Below, piece by piece: positions 1 through 11,537 of a stretch of 64,000 nucleotides of DNA. Source of the stretch: Haliotis cracherodii (lineage: Eukaryota); the NCBI RefSeq assembly GCF_022045235.1, contig NW_027266267.1, positions 32,426,001 to 32,490,000 of the forward strand. The letters run 5' to 3'. A program made the translations under genes and the position numbers. Position 1 is the stretch's first letter. Each line of letters starts with the position of its first letter. The notes under the pieces were generated by a model. It was not told the origin of the DNA, did not search any database, and saw nothing but the letters and a program-made list of their open reading frames with translations.

Positions 1-308
1 CCGGCTTAGTTTACGAGAAAATACACAAGGTAATCTTAATCCCTAGATATAAAACAATGCCTAGCAGAACAATAAATACTATTTAAACGGTAAGTAAACA
101 TGTCTGGTGATTTTTTATCTCAAATTTCGAATTTGTACTGACGAAGTTTCTCAGCACCCGTTCGTTTGCCGGACTTCGCTGAAAGGGTACGGTGTAAATT
201 TTTTCTGCGCATAATATTAAAATTTCTTTTTTTTTCCAAAATATTGAACCCGCTAGAGGGGGGTGCGCATTATACATGGGTGCGCACTATACTCAAGAAA
301 ATACGGTA
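1..308. mobile_element. Right end of a non-autonomous Tc1/mariner (pogo/Tigger-like) DNA element
   Basis: Ends in ...aagaaaatacggTA, preceded by subterminal repeats gggtgcgcattatac/gggtgcgcactatac. This matches the end pattern of TACCGTA...TACGGTA MITEs. The left end is not seen in the window. Confidence 0.5.
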
Positions 309-319
309 TGTGTGTTTGA

Positions 320-666
320 TAGGGGTGAAACGATACAGCAATGTCACAATGCGATACATGGATCATGATACGATACATATCACGATAGTCCTGTTTAGGT
401 CAAATCGCAAGGAAACTTCTTGACAATAGATGCTCAGAGTAGTTTCAAAAGGAAAAGCTAGCTGTGGACAAATGTTTGTTGGGGCATTTTTTAGTAGTGA
501 ACATGAACCGGTTATTACAACACATTATGATACACCTGACTCACAAAAAACGCCACGGGTCATTAAACGATTAGTGAGTAATATATTTCAGCAATATCGA
601 TACAGAAAAAATCATCACATGAAAACTCACGATGCACAGGTGCACCGATGTTTCAATTCACCTCTA
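320..666. mobile_element. hAT-like MITE
   Basis: TIRs taggggtgaa (320-329) and ttcacctcta (657-666) are 9/10 complementary. Multiple subterminal (c)gatac motifs. Flanking 8-mers gtgtttga / gtgttgta (6/8) are consistent with a decayed 8-bp TSD. Confidence 0.55.
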
Positions 667-1045
667 GTGTTGTACAGGGTGTATGTGTGTTGGGTAGGTT
701 TATTTACGTAAAATATTGTTAAATACTGTTAGATAATTTAGACATGTACTGCATGATCTCCAATTATGTATTGCGGATATAAAACATACAATTAGGCAAG
801 TTTGGTATGTGGAGATTACAGTTGTGGAATGGAATCATGCTGCGGATTACTGTAAATATATTTGACAAGCCCAGGAGATTACAAGCACTTATCAGACGAG
901 GTGTTAGGGTGTGAGGTTTTGACATAGGTAAGATCATGTCCGTGAGGGAGTTATTGATGTCCACAATAGCCTGGAATGATGCAACGCCATCTTTATGTTG
1001 ATTGATAAGGCATGTAGCTCACCTTGATAAGGCATGTAGCTCACC

Positions 1046-1098
1046 TGGCCAGGCTTGCTGACTTGGTTGATTCATGTCATTGTATCCCAATTGTATAG
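1046..1098 (+). mobile_element. Family A retroposon, internal fragment
   Basis: ggccaggcttgctgacttggttgattcatgtcattgtatcccaattg matches the reverse complement of the middle of the copies at 10.8 kb and 19.1 kb. Confidence 0.65.
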
Positions 1099-1119
1099 TA
1101 TCCCAATTCCCTGTTAATT

Positions 1120-1456
1120 GAGCCATTTCTGTTTGCAAAACCTAATATTGAAAGAAAGGGGCTGTTTTTTTATCACCAATCAGAGACTATTTAAGGTACA
1201 TTGACTAGGAATGATGTGCTTTTCAATTAGAATCTATAAGAATTGAGTTTTTTTCGAATGTAACTGTCGGTAAGTGAATTTTCGCGATCGGCTTATACAA
1301 AATCATCAGTTGTAATATACACATTAGGTTTATTTCAGTGTCATGTTTATAGTTTTTGTTGTGTATTTGATACTCTAGAGTTTGATTTGTCTGCATATTT
1401 CATTTTTTTTAATACATGTTTTACACAAATATGCAGCTCGTCCCGAGGTGTGGTCA
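1120..1456. mobile_element. Truncated copy of the DNA-element-like repeat at 2999-3650
   Basis: Aligns in direct orientation with 3255-3650 (e.g. ttgcaaaacctaatattgaaagaaagg, cgaatgtaactgtYggtaagtgaatttt, tttgatttgtctgcat, aatatgcagctc). Confidence 0.7.
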
Positions 1457-2318
1457 TTAAAGTAAAAATATGCCTGTGATGACAGTGGTTTGTTGCTGTT
1501 ATTGCTGTTATTGCTGTAAAGATATATTTATGATGGCAGCAGTTTGAAAGGAGTGAATCATCTCAAATTTATTGGATTTATTGCGCAATAGTGTACAAGT
1601 GAAGGGAATGTGTGTCTTTGTTGCTGTGTAGTCCTTTGCCCTGGTAATTACACTGAATCCCTCGACAGCCATGGGAAGGTGAGTGTATTTCCAGATCGGG
1701 GTTTGGGGACTGCAATTTTAGCAGTAAGCCTGCTGTCATCTTTAATAGTAACCATGGGACTTGTCAAGAAAGACTCTGTGAAATATCGATGTTGACTTGA
1801 GTAATTCAAAGTTAGAGATGTCCTTGCCCTGTGATAACATGCTGTGTGATATGCCAGAATGTTAAAGTCTTCGATGTGTCGAGGAGGAATAGTCTAGAGA
1901 GACCCATTGTGATGTTGTGTCAACACTTTGGCGGCATGCATACACCTACCAATGATTTTCTGCTATTCATATATGGGTTGTGTGGGAGATATGTCAGGAA
2001 TGGGATCAAGTGTTGGTAAGCAATGTTACAGTGGTGGCCAGGCAACTACGCCTGTATCAGGTCATGTGGAGGACAACAGTGTGAGCATCATCATCAGGGT
2101 GTAATGACATTCTCAATCAGGTCTGGTTATTGGTCAGAGATGTTCTGTCAGATTAGTTGGTCATCAAGGTATGGTTCATGGTCTGTAGCCATTTTGGAGC
2201 CACAATCCCCGTTTTCGTTGTCTCGATTTCAAGGCCAGGAGGCTTCAGGGACTCTTCTCTGTTCTGGTTTCTCAAAGGTTGTAAGAGGTGTTGCCCTTGA
2301 TTTGATTACCTTGCCTGT

Positions 2319-2691
2319 GTCATCCTACAGATGACATCCTTACCTTGTCAGTGTAGCAGGGCGTGGAGTCATCCCACAGATGACATCCTTACCTTGTCAG
2401 TGTAGCAGGGCGTGGAGTCATCCCACAGATGACACCCTTACCTTGTCAGTGCAGCAGGACGTGAAGTCATCCCACAGATGACATCCTTACCTTGTCAGTG
2501 TAGCAGGACGTGGAGTCATCCCACAGATGACATCCTTACCTTGTCAGTGTAGCAGGGTTTTGAGTCATCCCACACATGACATTCTTACCTTGTCAGTGTA
2601 GCAGGACGTGGAGTCATCACACAGATGACAACCTTACCTTGTCAGTGTAGCAGGGCGTGGAGTCATCCCACAGATGACATCCTTACCTTGT
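2319..2691. repeat. 49-bp minisatellite, ~7.5 copies
   Basis: Unit agatgacatccttaccttgtcagtgtagcagggcgtggagtcatcccac. Confidence 0.95.
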
Positions 2692-2998
2692 TAGCTTGCT
2701 GATGGGGTTAACCTCTTTGGTCATGTGGACAAGGCATTTGACCTTGGATCAGAAGGTCCATGGTTCAAATCCCATCATGGGACTGGGAAAGTTTAAGGAT
2801 ATCCACTGGCATTACCTAACTGAAATATAAGAATATAAAGATTACAATTTGATTTCCATTCACTCAGTGAGTTTTCTAGAATCCATGCAACTGCAGTATC
2901 AAAAATAGGCTTTTCACCAACTGCGTGGTGTTTGAAATTAAGCATGAAGGTCACAGGTTGATCATCATTATACAAGTGTTAAAGCTGTAAGACTTAGC

Positions 2999-3650
2999 AG
3001 GTCCCCTGAGCTCAAGATAAGCTTTTGATTATTTGGGTATTTTAACCTGGGTTTTCATTTTGATTGGGTATCCACAACAACTGAAGGATAGTCAAAACAT
3101 TTTTACCCACCTGTTTTTTGACATTTGTTTTTTAAACCTGTTTCACAACTATTTTGGTATTTTAAACCTGTTTCGTAGCAATCCCTGTAAATCATTTAAA
3201 CAAAATAAATAGAAGTATACCTGTCTGCATCTGCATGCGTCTCCCTCTCTGGGAAGCCATTTCTATTTGCAAAACCTAATATTGAAAGAAAGGCTCTATT
3301 TTTTTATCACCAATCAGTAACTGTTTAAGATACATTGACTAGGCACGATGTGCTTTTCAAATGTAATCTATCGGTATTCAAGTTTGTTGGTCACACATGC
3401 TTTCCGAATGTAACTGTTGGTAAGTGAATTTTGCGATTGGCTGATACACAATCATTTTATCTAACAGTTGTAATATGCACAGTCGTTTTGTCTAATAGTT
3501 GTAATATATGCCTTAGGTTTATATTTCAGTTGAGTATTTATAGTTTTTGTGGTGCATTTGATATGCTAGTATTTGATTTGTCTGCATGTTTTCTGTTTAT
3601 TTCATACATATTTTACAAGAATATGCAGCTCATTTCAAGCTCTGGTCCCT
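2999..3650. mobile_element. Putative non-autonomous DNA transposon with decayed TIRs
   Basis: Left end aggtcccctgagctcaagataagct versus reverse complement of the right end agggaccagagcttgaaatgagct (~17/25). The right half is repeated at 1120-1456 and ends at about the same point. Confidence 0.5.
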
Positions 3651-3697
3651 ATATTTGTGTATCATAGCAGCTAGGGTCAAGGAATCCCCTTAATTTT

Positions 3698-3858
3698 GAG
3701 TGAGTGAGTGATTGAATATGGTGTAACTTTAAGCAATATTCCAGCAATATCATGGTGAGTGACACCAGAAATGGGCTTCAGACATTATACCCATGTTGGG
3801 AATCGAATCCAGGTCTTCAGACGAGCGAACACTTTAACTAACCACAAGGCTATACCCC
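3698..3858 (-). mobile_element. tRNA-derived SINE (family B) with (ACTC)n tail
   Basis: The minus strand reads A-box-like tagccttgtgg, B-box-like gattcgattcc, body catgggtataatgtctgaagcccatttctggtgtc, and tail atattgctggaatattgct...actcactcactc. Confidence 0.8.
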
Positions 3859-3960
3859 TTCGCATGCTGTGCCATTTTCACTTACTACCAGTCTTTGACT
3901 ACCACTGTTCTCTGACAGATACTGGTAAAAGATAAACACTGTGACTTTTTCAAGATCGAT

Positions 3961-3992
3961 GTTTGTTTGTTTGTTTGTTTGTTTATTTGTTT
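3961..3992. repeat. (GTTT)n microsatellite, possibly the tail remnant of a family A element
   Basis: gtttgtttgtttgtttgtttgtttatttgttt followed by a weak atattccacctatatgac match to the family A tail. Confidence 0.7.
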
Positions 3993-4466
3993 AAAGTCAC
4001 ACGAGGTAGTAAAGTCATATTCCACCTATATGACAGGATTTATTTTCTAAGGATACTTGAGCAACAGTGGTATCAGAACACAAATGTTTCCAGTTCTGTT
4101 ACAAGGTCACCAAGACCATAAATGACACTTTCCTTCTCTCAGACAGTCGTGACCTTCATTTTACAGTCGTTGCAAAGACACATGAAATGTTCATGTGTTT
4201 TTTAAGTATTATTGATCTCGGAGAAAATACATGTTTCCAGAAATATAACATAAATGTTCTGAAACAGAAGCAGCTGTTCAGATTGAATGTGAGTGTATCT
4301 TACACTGGCTACATGGACAAGGGGGATTATAGGGGCCTTGAAATACAATGTACATTGGGATGCTCCAAACTGAATGTTTATTCGCAATGGCTTCTGCGTA
4401 TCATATGGGACATGGTTCAGATGACCACAGTGACTAGGGGGTGGTAGAAATGCCTGCATTGTTGTT

Positions 4467-6481
4467 GGGCCTACAGGGGCAAGTGGGACTCACGGGCGGG
4501 CGGGACATGGGCCAGGGGGACTCACGGGCGGGTGGGACATGGGCCAGGGGGACTCACGGGTGGGTGGAACACGGGCCAGGGGGACTCACGGGTGGGTGGG
4601 ACAGGGGCCAGGGGGACTCACGGGTGGGTGGGACAGGGGCCAGGGGGACTCACGGGTGGGTGGGACAGGGGCCAGGGGGACTCACGGGTGGGTGGGACAC
4701 GGGCCAGGGGGACTCACGGGTGGGTGGGACAGGGGCCAGGGGGACTCACGGGTGGGTGGGACAGGGGCCAGGGGGACTCACGGGTGGGTGGGACACGGGC
4801 CAGGGGGACTCACTTGTGGATGGGTGGGACACGGGCCAGGGGGACTCACGGGCGGGTGGGACATGGGCCAGGGGGACTCACGGGTGGGTGGGACATGGGC
4901 CAGGGGGACTCACGGGTGGGTGGGACAGGGGCCAGGGGGACTCACGGGCGGGTGGGACATGGGCCAGGGGGACTCACGGGTGGGTGGGACAGGGGCCAGG
5001 GGGACTCACGGGTGGGTGGGACACGGGCCAGGGGGACTCACTTGTGGATGGGTGGGACACGGGCCAGGGGGACTCACGGGCGGGTGGGACATGGGCCAGG
5101 GGGACTCACGGGTGGGTGGGACATGGGCCAGGGGGACTCACGGGTGGGTGGGACATGGGCCAGGGGGACTCACGGGCGGGTGGGACATGGGCCAGGGGGA
5201 CTCACGGGTGGGTGGGACAGGGGCCAGGGGGACTCACGGGTGGGTGGGACAGGGGCCAGGGGGACTCACGGGTGGGTGGGACAGGGGCCAGGGGGACTCC
5301 CGGGTGGGTGGGACACGGGCCAGGGGGACTCACTTGTGGATGGGTGGGACACGGGCCAGGGGGACTCACGGGCGGGTGGGACATGGGCCAGGGGGACTCA
5401 CGGGTGGGTGGGACATGGGCCAGGGGGACTCACGGGTGGGTGGGACAGGGGCCAGGGGGACTCACGGGTGGGTGGGACATGGGCCAGGGGGACTCACGGG
5501 TGGGTGGGACAGGGGCCAGGGGGACTCACGGGTGGGTGGGACACGGGCCAGGGGGACTCACTTGTGGATGGGTGGGACACGGGCCAGGGGGACTCACGGG
5601 TGGGTGGGACATGGGCCAGGGGGACTCAAGGGCGGGTGGGACAGGGGCCAGGGGGACTCGCGGGCGGGTGGGACAGGGGCCAGGGGGAATCATGAGCGCG
5701 TGGGACACGGGCCAGGGGGACTCACGAGCGAGTGGGACACGGGCCAGGGGGACTCACGGGCGAGTGGGACACGGGCCAGGGGGACTCACAGGTGGGTGGG
5801 TGGGACACGGGCCAGGGGGACTCACAGGTGGGTGGAACACGGGCCAGGGGGACTCACGGGCGAGTGGGACACGGGCCAGGCGGACTCACAGGTGGGTGGG
5901 TGGGACACGGGCCAGGGGGACTCACAGGTGGGTGGGTGGGACACGGGCCAGGGGGACTCACGGGCGAGTGGGACATGGGCCAGGGGGACTCATGGGCGGG
6001 TGGGACACGGGCCAGGGGGACTCACGGGCGAGTGGGACACGGGCCAGGGGGACTCACGGGCGAGTGGGACACGGGCCAGGGGGACTCACGGGTGGGTGGG
6101 ACAGGGGCCAGGGGGACTCGCGGGCGGGTGGGACAGGGGCCAGGGGGAATCATGAGCGCGTGGGACACGGGCCAGGGGGACTCAAGAGCGAGTGGGACAC
6201 GGGCCAGGGGGACTCACGGGCGGGCGGGACATGGGCCAGGGGGACTCACTTGTGGATGGGTGGGACACGGGCCAGGGGGACTCACGGGTGGGTGGGACAC
6301 GGGCCAGGGGGACTCACGGGCGGGTGGGACATGGGCCAGGGGGACTCACGGGCGGGCGGGACATGGGCCAGGGGGACTCACGGGTGGATGGGCCTACAGG
6401 GCCAGGGGGACTCACAGGCAAGTGGGACACGGGCCAGGGGCACTCACGGGCGGGTGGGACAAGGGCCAGGGGGACTCACGA
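4467..6481. repeat. 32-bp G-rich minisatellite (~60 copies, with 36-bp variants)
   Basis: Unit gggccagggggactcacgggtgggtgggacaB. The 32-aa periodicity in all three + frames reflects the 32-nt unit. Confidence 0.97.
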
Positions 6482-6628
6482 GCATCATGAGCATTGATCT
6501 ACGCAATTTGGAGCATCAACCAAGTCAGCGAGCTTGACCACCCGATCCTGTTAGTCGCCTCTTGTGACAAGCATAGTTACCTTGTATGAGTTGCTGAAGA
6601 TCTATTCTAACCCGGATCTTCATGGGTC
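6482..6628 (-). mobile_element. Family A retroposon, 5' half (head intact), abutting the minisatellite
   Basis: The minus strand starts gacccatgaagatccgggttagaatagatcttcagcaac and is homologous to the copies at 10.7, 19.0 and 39.4 kb. Confidence 0.85.
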
Positions 6629-9600
6629 ATCCCACTGATACAAGACATGGGAGGTTCATAAGGCGATTGGTTGAATTTTTCATCCAGACAAGTAAAGGAT
6701 TATAGACACACAGACAGGCATGGTGATAGTGGGGGCGTATGTATATTTTTAAAATTCAGACTGGTGAAAAATGTTTTCGTCGGACGGGTTGCCGTAAAGA
6801 AAGTTTATTGTGACGTAAGAAGCAGATATTGTAAAAACAGTTTAGTGTTGCTGTCCCTTCAGCATGTGTAGCCTGGCCCAGGTGTGGACCTCTCGTATAG
6901 CTGCCATCATCCACGTTACCTGTATAAATAGTTTGTCAATTCACTTGCTACTTTATCACAGACTTTTCGACATGTTTCCCTAAGAGGTGTTTTTAAAACT
7001 TGTCATGGAGGAAGGTTGGTATTGTATTCCTGCGACCAGATGGTGGCTGTTTATTATTTCAAGATAGAATTACAAACTTAAAGCTCCTTCACTGACATCA
7101 GCTGAGAAGATCCAAAACTTCCACAAGAATCTGTTTTACATGTGAATCCTTTGCAAACTCATTTATCTGGCTGCTTAAGTTGGTGCCTAAATGCAAGGAA
7201 GCAGTCAGCGCAAAACGGAAACCGTGTTGAATTCTCTCCAAGTTCTCCTCTTGATTTCAAACCTGGCTAGACACTTAATGAAAAGTGACAGATTTTCTGT
7301 TTTTATGCTGAAAAATGCAATTTTCAGTTTTTTAAATAGATTTTGAACAAGTTTTAGGCAATTAAGGGAGTGAATTCAAGTATACATTTCTCTTTTTTGC
7401 ATACTTTTCCTTTTGTGTGATTTCTTTACACTCTTGCTCTGAAGAGTTCCAATTTCAAAGGGAGGTAACTAATATTCTGAGACCCTCCCAGGGTAATTCT
7501 GTTCTTTGGCTGGCTGGAGAACCGTTCAGCATAATAAAAGTCTGTTCTTTGCATAATAGCTCTGTATGTACCGTAGTACAATCGCAACACTTTTTATTCT
7601 GTTTTATACAAGACAGAAGAACCGTTTGTATCATTTATGTGGAGCCACGGAATAGGCTAACAAAAACAGGCTCAGATTAGCTTAAACACTGACTTTCTGT
7701 GTCGTCCCTGGTAATCTTAATGCAATTTACATATCACGCAGCAATGGATAATACAACTGACATATGTGTGCAGATAATTATATTGTTAATAATAGTAAGA
7801 ATATAGTAACCCTTAAAAAGTGAACGGAGCCTTTTGCAAATTGGGGCTCAACGCGCGAATAAAAAAATGTCATCGGGTCACTGAGTTCAAATTCGGATCC
7901 AAAAGGCAGATCGCAGTTCATTCATGTGGAAACCTGTCAACAAAAAATTATTCGTAGGAGTGGATATTTTTATTGCCGAACATGCGCCAGCATGAATCAT
8001 GAGAAAGCTAATGTCTACCCATCCTTTCCTGATGTTCTGCACAGGAGATTTGATATGAGAACGGGCTGTAGGATGGGGTATTTGTGATATTGAGTATAGC
8101 CCTCGTCAAGTTAGCTCAATTCAGAAGCACAATTCAGAGGCTTTCCCAGCAGATGATGGAAGATGTCGAATGTTTCACACTTGATCAGCTCTTTTGATAC
8201 GCCCAATGATTGTAGGGAGTACTTCTTTTGTGTAACAAGTTTCTGAATGCTGCCATATCGAAAAATGCGAAAAGCAGAATCATTGATATGGTCGATGTGT
8301 CCTTTTGTGTGAAAAAGTTGATCAAGCGAATATATTTTTGATGAACATTGAACTAGGTGCGAGCTAAGAGTTCTAAAGGAATCAATTTAATACTTGCCAT
8401 ATTTTAATGTTGGTAAATGAGTTATTTTGAAACAAATTGCAGATTTGATTTGTATTTAATTCTTAACACAGGAGTAACAGATTGGAATTAGTTGTATCGG
8501 TTATAAAATGTTCCTTTGATCTGAAACCAGACCTAGAAATGATTCTCTCCACCAAGAATATTTCCTATAGAAAATCCAATAGGAGTTTTTGTCTGAAGTT
8601 TCAATGAAATTGTGATGGACCTGTCACAACCAGTGAGTTTTGTTTGAGATAGGTTTACAGCTATTTAAGAAACATTTCATCCTCCATAGACTTTCAGAGC
8701 TTGCTTTGATTAAAGCAACACATTCTTTAAGTACAGCCCTATGTAAACAACCGGTTCACAAGGGTGTTTAATTTCAGGGCTCAACTCATTTTGTAATTGG
8801 CATAGTTCCTGCTGGAAACTCAGGGAGTGTTGATGGATGTTAATGTTAATTTTAATCACTCATTTCAATTTTGATGCTACCTCTGTCATGTTAGGCTTAA
8901 ATGTACTAGGTAAATTCTGGCACTTAATTCAGCTTCATTAGATTTACTAGGTATTAAGCACATATGCCAGGTAGATAGTGTAGTTTAAATACCATCTGTG
9001 AAACCATGAAAAACACACAACATCTGCTGAAGATGGATTATTTATGACAAAATATTAGCCAACAGAAGGTCTTTCAGAATCCTGCGTTCTTATTAAAGCA
9101 AGTGAGTACAGTTTCATGCTGGAAACTGATACAAGTAACTGCATGTTTTTTCATTTTTCCAGATATTAACTTTTAAGAATATTTCTTTTTAATGTTAAGA
9201 AATGAAATAGGTTCTTTGATTTTTTTATACAATTATAATTTCATCAGAACATAATTCTACAATTTGGATACCCAAAATAACCATTACTTCTGCCTATATT
9301 TTGAGTTCTCACAGGCTGAAGTCAAAATATGGATTTTTTATTCATTTCCTACTCTTGAATTGACCGAGATCTAAACAAAACAGTGAGTTTGTTTATTATC
9401 ATATTGCCATATGCAAGGAATGTGTCCGAAGAAGCTGGAAAAATGATTGCTGACAATAAGGTCAGAAAGAAGTTGTTTCCAATGCCTAATCACTTATACC
9501 CGTGACCCTATCCCTCAATACCACTGATAAGGACCACCATACTTTATCTAGTTTGCTGGCACCAATCCGAATTTCATTCTCTGTTCCAACTTTTAGAATA

Positions 9601-10727
9601 AACCTGACTGCGTGCAGGGGCCTCGCAGTCTGTTCACATTTAGCATGTTTACTACACAAAGCTACAGTTTCAGAAATCTGGGGGGTATGTTTATTACGGC
9701 AAGGTGTTTGACATCATTTTATCCCAAATGCCAAGATTTGTGAGGGCGGGTTTGGACTGTGCTTGCTACCTATACTGATAAGTGAAATAAGTGGGATGCT
9801 CCATTGATATAAAGTAGAAAGATGGCTACCAGGGAACTAGTCCGTCGGCAGGGCAAGATTTCAAGTGTTATCGTTGAATGGAAAATGGGCGTTTTGGGTG
9901 TTTTTCGAAACATCCCAGATAGAGCTGTTTATACATTTGATAATGACTATGTATTGGCAACAACTGTTGAAGCAAAAGAAAACAAGCAAGATAACGGGGA
10001 GGTGAGATTATTTAAATGAATGCTGCTACTGTTGGCATCCTGGGGTTGAATCTGGAAGTGATTACATCACTAACAGCGTCATAACTTACTGTTCAAACAC
10101 GCATTTTAACAGATCTAAGAAGAAACTTGGTAATAAATTAGTTGAAAGAAACATTTTAAAAACATCCTGGAATTTCACTGAAATTCAATACCTACCATCA
10201 AATAAATTAGAAGCTCTTTCTTCTTGTTGATCTTGCTTCAAGGTCACTCAAAACTGGCCTCATCAAATATGTTGACAAAAAATACCTGTTTCGACTGTTA
10301 CCATGTTTTCAAATGAAGTCTAATTTTTTTTCTGAACCTTGATTAAAAATTTAATGTATGTTTTGTATGATGGGAGATTAAAAAGGATCTCACCAAGAAA
10401 TTATTTTTTAATTTAACAAGAGCTGGTTTTTTTTATGCTTATACTGAAGACTGGAACTTCTTTGTGTTTGTATAGTCAAGGCTATTAGCAAGATACTATC
10501 TGCAACAAAATGAAAGACATTTTCCATTAAAAATATCACGAAAATTGGGTAGCAGCAAAAAAAGATGCGATAATGGGATTTTTGCATCACATTCCCTTGT
10601 AAGTGGCTTTTAATAAGAGTAAACACGTTGACATCTCGATTGTTGGGAGAGCATAGAAAGCAAATTGCTTTTGTTTTGATGAAAATCAATTCCAGAAGAA
10701 GACTCAAAACTGGAATGTTTTTAAATG

Positions 10728-11002
10728 CTTGTTTGCTTGTTTGTTGTTTAATGCCGCACTCAGCAATATTCAAGCTCTGTGACGTTGGTCTGTAAATAAT
10801 CGTAATCAAGTCTTGACCAGACATTCCAGTGATTGACATTATGAGCATCAATCTGCACAATAGGGAAACGATGATAAGCATCAACCAAGTCAGCGAGTCG
10901 ACCACTCGATCCCGTAAGTCGCCTCATATGACAAGCATAGTCACTTCTTATGGCAAGCATGGGCTGCTGAAGACCTATTCTCTACTCTGATCTTCACAGG
11001 CT
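10728..11002 (-). mobile_element. Family A retroposon, near full length
   Basis: Head, body and tail all present, with an (AAAC)n-like tail. Probable 12-bp TSD tgtttttaaatg (10716-10727) / tgttttcaaatg (11003-11014). Confidence 0.9.
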
Positions 11003-11086
11003 TGTTTTCAAATGTGTTTTATGACAATGTCATAGTTAAGGGTTTGGAAGTATTAAAAAAAAATATTTTGGTTTTCTTTTAGCCTG

Positions 11087-11223
11087 AGGGTAGGCTAGTG
11101 GATAGAGTGTCAGCTTGTCAGACAGAAGTCTGGGTTTAATTCCCCATATGGGTAAAATTTGTCAAGACCCTTGTTTGTACTACTTATCTGGATGTTGGAA
11201 ATAATGTTGATAACTCACTCACC
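11087..11223 (+). mobile_element. tRNA-derived SINE (family B), degraded
   Basis: gggtaggctagtgg (A box), ggtttaattcccc (B box), atatgggta body and aactcactcacc tail. Confidence 0.65.
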
Positions 11224-11494
11224 CAACTGCTTTGTCAGTTCAAACATATTTTACTGACCATAAAACTGAAGTTATGACCTTATGATGTCTTTTATTTCCT
11301 GTTGTTTTAAGACCATCTAGTATTTTATGATTTGTCCATTAGCATCAGGCTGCACTGCCCAGGCCAGGTTGAGGGGACAGTGTCATGGCGTTCTGGAGGT
11401 CAACAACTTGTGAATGGGCCTTTGATGTGGTCGTCATATGATAATATAGTGTGTTGCCTCGTGTGGATGAGGTCGCCTGTCATTGTAAACAAAT

Positions 11495-11537
11495 GGTGAT
11501 GATGATGATGTGATGGTGGTGATGATGATGATGATGC
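11495..11537. repeat. (GAT/GGT)n microsatellite
   Basis: Direct reading. Confidence 0.85.

Noticed and set aside
4441-6537. 698-aa Gly-rich ORF and overlapping ORFs (collagen- or silk-like appearance)
   Set aside because: All three + frames are open because the 32-bp unit lacks stops. The unit is not a multiple of 3, and there is no domain or splice support.
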